Below, piece after piece: positions 61,283 to 64,000 of a stretch of DNA of 64,000 bases. Where the stretch lies: contig OZ024740.1 of NCBI GenBank assembly GCA_964016885.1, forward strand, positions 395,560,001-395,624,000. Direction: 5' to 3'. The position numbers were made by a program, and so were the translations under genes. The stretch is from Eledone cirrhosa. Lineage: Eukaryota. The notes under the pieces were generated by a model. The model saw nothing but the letters and a program-made list of their open reading frames with translations. It did not search any database and had not been told where the DNA came from. Numbering within the stretch: position 1 is the stretch's first letter; the number at the start of each line of letters is the position of its first letter.

Positions 61283-64000
61283 ATCATCATCATCATCAAC
61301 GTTTAACGTCCGTGTTCCACGCTTGCATGGGTTTGGACGGGGGTTTTCCCACTTGAGGCAAGAGTGATTATCTTGCTCGCATAGGACTATCTGGCGGGTT
61401 TTCTACAGCTGGATGCCCTTCCTAACACCAACCACATTTACAGTGTGGGTCTGGGAGGTTTTTACCGTGTTGCCTACACGGCCACATTACAGCGTGAACT
61501 GTGTGTTTTTTTGTCGTGACACCTACACGATCTCATTTGTTTCGGCCTGGATGTTGTGGCACCAACATAACTTTACATTGAAAGGGGCGGTGTGGATGGG
61601 GTGGGGTGGTGGGACGGGGGTGTATTTTGTTAGAGATGCCTACTGACTGTAGTAGGTTTTACTTTGTATTTAGGTAAGGCGGGTCTTCTCTATTACTGAG
61701 TACCGCCAAAGGTCTCGGTCCAGTGACATTGTCTTGGAGAGGTGTAAGTGTGTGAGGTCGGAATTTATCAGCTCGTCCCAGGTTTTTATGAGTCTGCCTA
61801 TTTCGTGGCTACCGTCTATCTTTATTGCCCTGCACTTTGTTATACAGCTATCGTCTTTCATGCGCATCACGTGACCATACCAACGTAGCCTTCTCTCGAG
61901 TAAACAACATCTGATCCCTCTTATTTCTAATTTTTTCCTTAGTTCGTTTATGCTTTGCCGTTCACGTATATTACTATTACACATCCAGCGGAGCATGCAA
62001 GCTTCGTTCCTCTCTAGTCTGCGTATATCCTCTGCACACAATGCCCAGGTCTCACTGCCATGCAACATTGCTGTTCGTTGCAGGCATCATACAACCTGCC
62101 TTTCATTTTTAGGGAGAACCCTTTAGCAGCTAATAGTGGTATGAGCTCTCTGAACTTTTTCCATCCAGTTCTGACTCTAGCTACTGTACTTTCAGAGCAC
62201 CCTCCCCCACTGCTGATTTTGTCACCCAGGTAATGGAAGCTGTCCACTATTTCTATAGAACCCTCTGCGCAGTTGAAAGAGCTAGTATTTTGTGGGCACT
62301 TGCTGCTACTTATTGTACCAGAACACCGGCCACATGTAAAATCTATGTTCTTAGTTAGCTTACGTGTGATCCCACTACATCTTTTATGCACCCATACTTT
62401 GCATTTGGGACACAAAATGGAGTTTCTACCTACGCCTTTCCTACACTCTGAGCATGGCCACTTCCCGGAGGGGACCGCCGCCTTATTTTCTTTCTTACAA
62501 ACTAGAACTTTAGTCTTAGCCAGGTTAATTTTAAGGCCTTTTGATTCTAGGCCGTGCTTCCATGTTTGGAATTTCTTCTCTAGCTCGGCCATTGATTCAG
62601 CTATGAGTGTTAGATCATCTGCGTATAGGAGTTCCCATGGGCAACCGGTCTTGAACTCCTCTGTTATAGCCTGAAGGGCAATAATAAATAGTAGGGGGAT
62701 GAGAACAGAGCCCTGATGGATGCCAACTTTTACGCTAAACTCTTCACTATATTCGTTGTTAATTCTAACCTTGCTGACTGTTTCTTTATACATGGCTTGT
62801 ATAGCCCTCACAAGCCATTCGTCAACACCTAGTTTTCTAAGAGCCCACCAGATAATGGAACGGGGGACTCTGTCGAAGGCTTTCTCCAAGTCGACAAAAG
62901 CTAAGTATAGGGGTTTACTTTTAGCTAGGTACTTCTCCTGTAGTTGTCGTACAATGAAAAGAGCGTCTGTGGTACTTTTGCCTGACACAAACCCGAACTG
63001 CATTTCATCTAGATCAATTCTCTCTCTGATTAGTTGCGCTATTACTTTTTCCGTGACCTTCATGACCTGGTCGATTAATTTAATGCCTCTATAGTTACTC
63101 CTATCTAGGGCATCTCCTTTACCCTTGTAACAGTTAACGATGATGCTGCTACGCCAGTCCTTCGGAACAACCCCATTCTGTACGACTTGGTTAACTATCC
63201 GGGTGACCATGGTGTGTCCCACCGTACCAGATGCCTTCAGCATCTCGGCAGCTATTTCCGAAAGCCCAGCCGCCTTACCCATCTTGATATCTTTGATTGC
63301 CTTACTTATTATACTACCCTCGGCTAACACTGCTGGTCCCTCTATTGGGTCGATGTGGGGGAGACTGTCTTTCTCCCATTTATTCTCCTCATTTAGTAGC
63401 CTTTCATAGTGACACTTCCAAGCTACCTTCTTATCAGCGTCGGTGATGGCAAGTACGCCGTCATCATTAAGTACACACTTCTCCCCGACAATATCACGGT
63501 TTTCCTTGACACATTGCCTAGCAATCCTGAACACCTCACGTTTTTGGTCCACGCGTTGTAGAACATGCTTGAACTTTCTTTCCTCTGCTTCCCTTCTTGC
63601 GAAGTACACTTGTCTCCTAGCTTCCCTCCTGGCCACTTGATAGTCTTCTCTGCTTCCCCCATCCCGCCATACTTTCCAAGCCTGCTTTTTGGCCTTAATT
63701 GACCTCTCCACCTTACTGTTCCACCACCATGTTACTCTCCTCCTGCCTACAGGCCTGCTCCAGCCACAGACTTCGTCTGCCGCCATCAGCAGGTTTGCTT
63801 TCAGGAATTGCCACTGCTCCTCTATATTGTACGACTCTAATTGCTCTTCCTTACTGTCGAAAGCATCAAGTAGTATACTTTTGAATTTATTTCTGGCTGT
63901 GGGGTCCTTTAGCTTCCATATTTTTCTCCTGAGGATAGTCCTCTTCTGTTGTCTAGTACTTCTCGTCCTGACTATTAGGTCGCTAATTATCAGTCTATAT
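61283..64000 (-). mobile_element. RTE LINE subfamily A, continues past the window end
   Basis: ORFs 62014-63786 (590 aa, RT) and 61670-62068 are separated by a 1-bp deletion; 3' UTR and (GAT)n tail. Confidence 0.97.

Overview
AT-rich animal genomic DNA, most likely an intron or intergenic stretch of a coleoid cephalopod such as Octopus (inferred from the repeat families, not proven). No host protein-coding gene can be supported. The window is dominated by RTE-clade LINEs of three subfamilies (labelled A, B and C here; APE endonuclease + RT, (GAT)n tails). These include one uninterrupted 992-aa ORF and one 5'-inverted copy. Also present are tRNA-derived SINEs, Penelope-like (PLE) fragments, a non-autonomous Helitron, hAT and piggyBac-type MITEs, CR1- and CRE-like remnants, and many microsatellites. 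The most notable observations are: (i) several hammerhead-ribozyme motifs in PLE-type terminal modules, three of them with a compensatory U3-A8 core; (ii) a C4HC3 PHD-like finger inside the RT of all three RTE subfamilies; (iii) a 44-bp minisatellite derived from an RTE 3' UTR; (iv) the same frameshift shared by two dispersed RTE copies; (v) a fold-back palindrome centred on a tRNA-like T-arm; (vi) a module that lies 5' of the ORF in one RTE subfamily but in the 3' UTR of the other two. All coordinates were read by eye and element boundaries are approximate.
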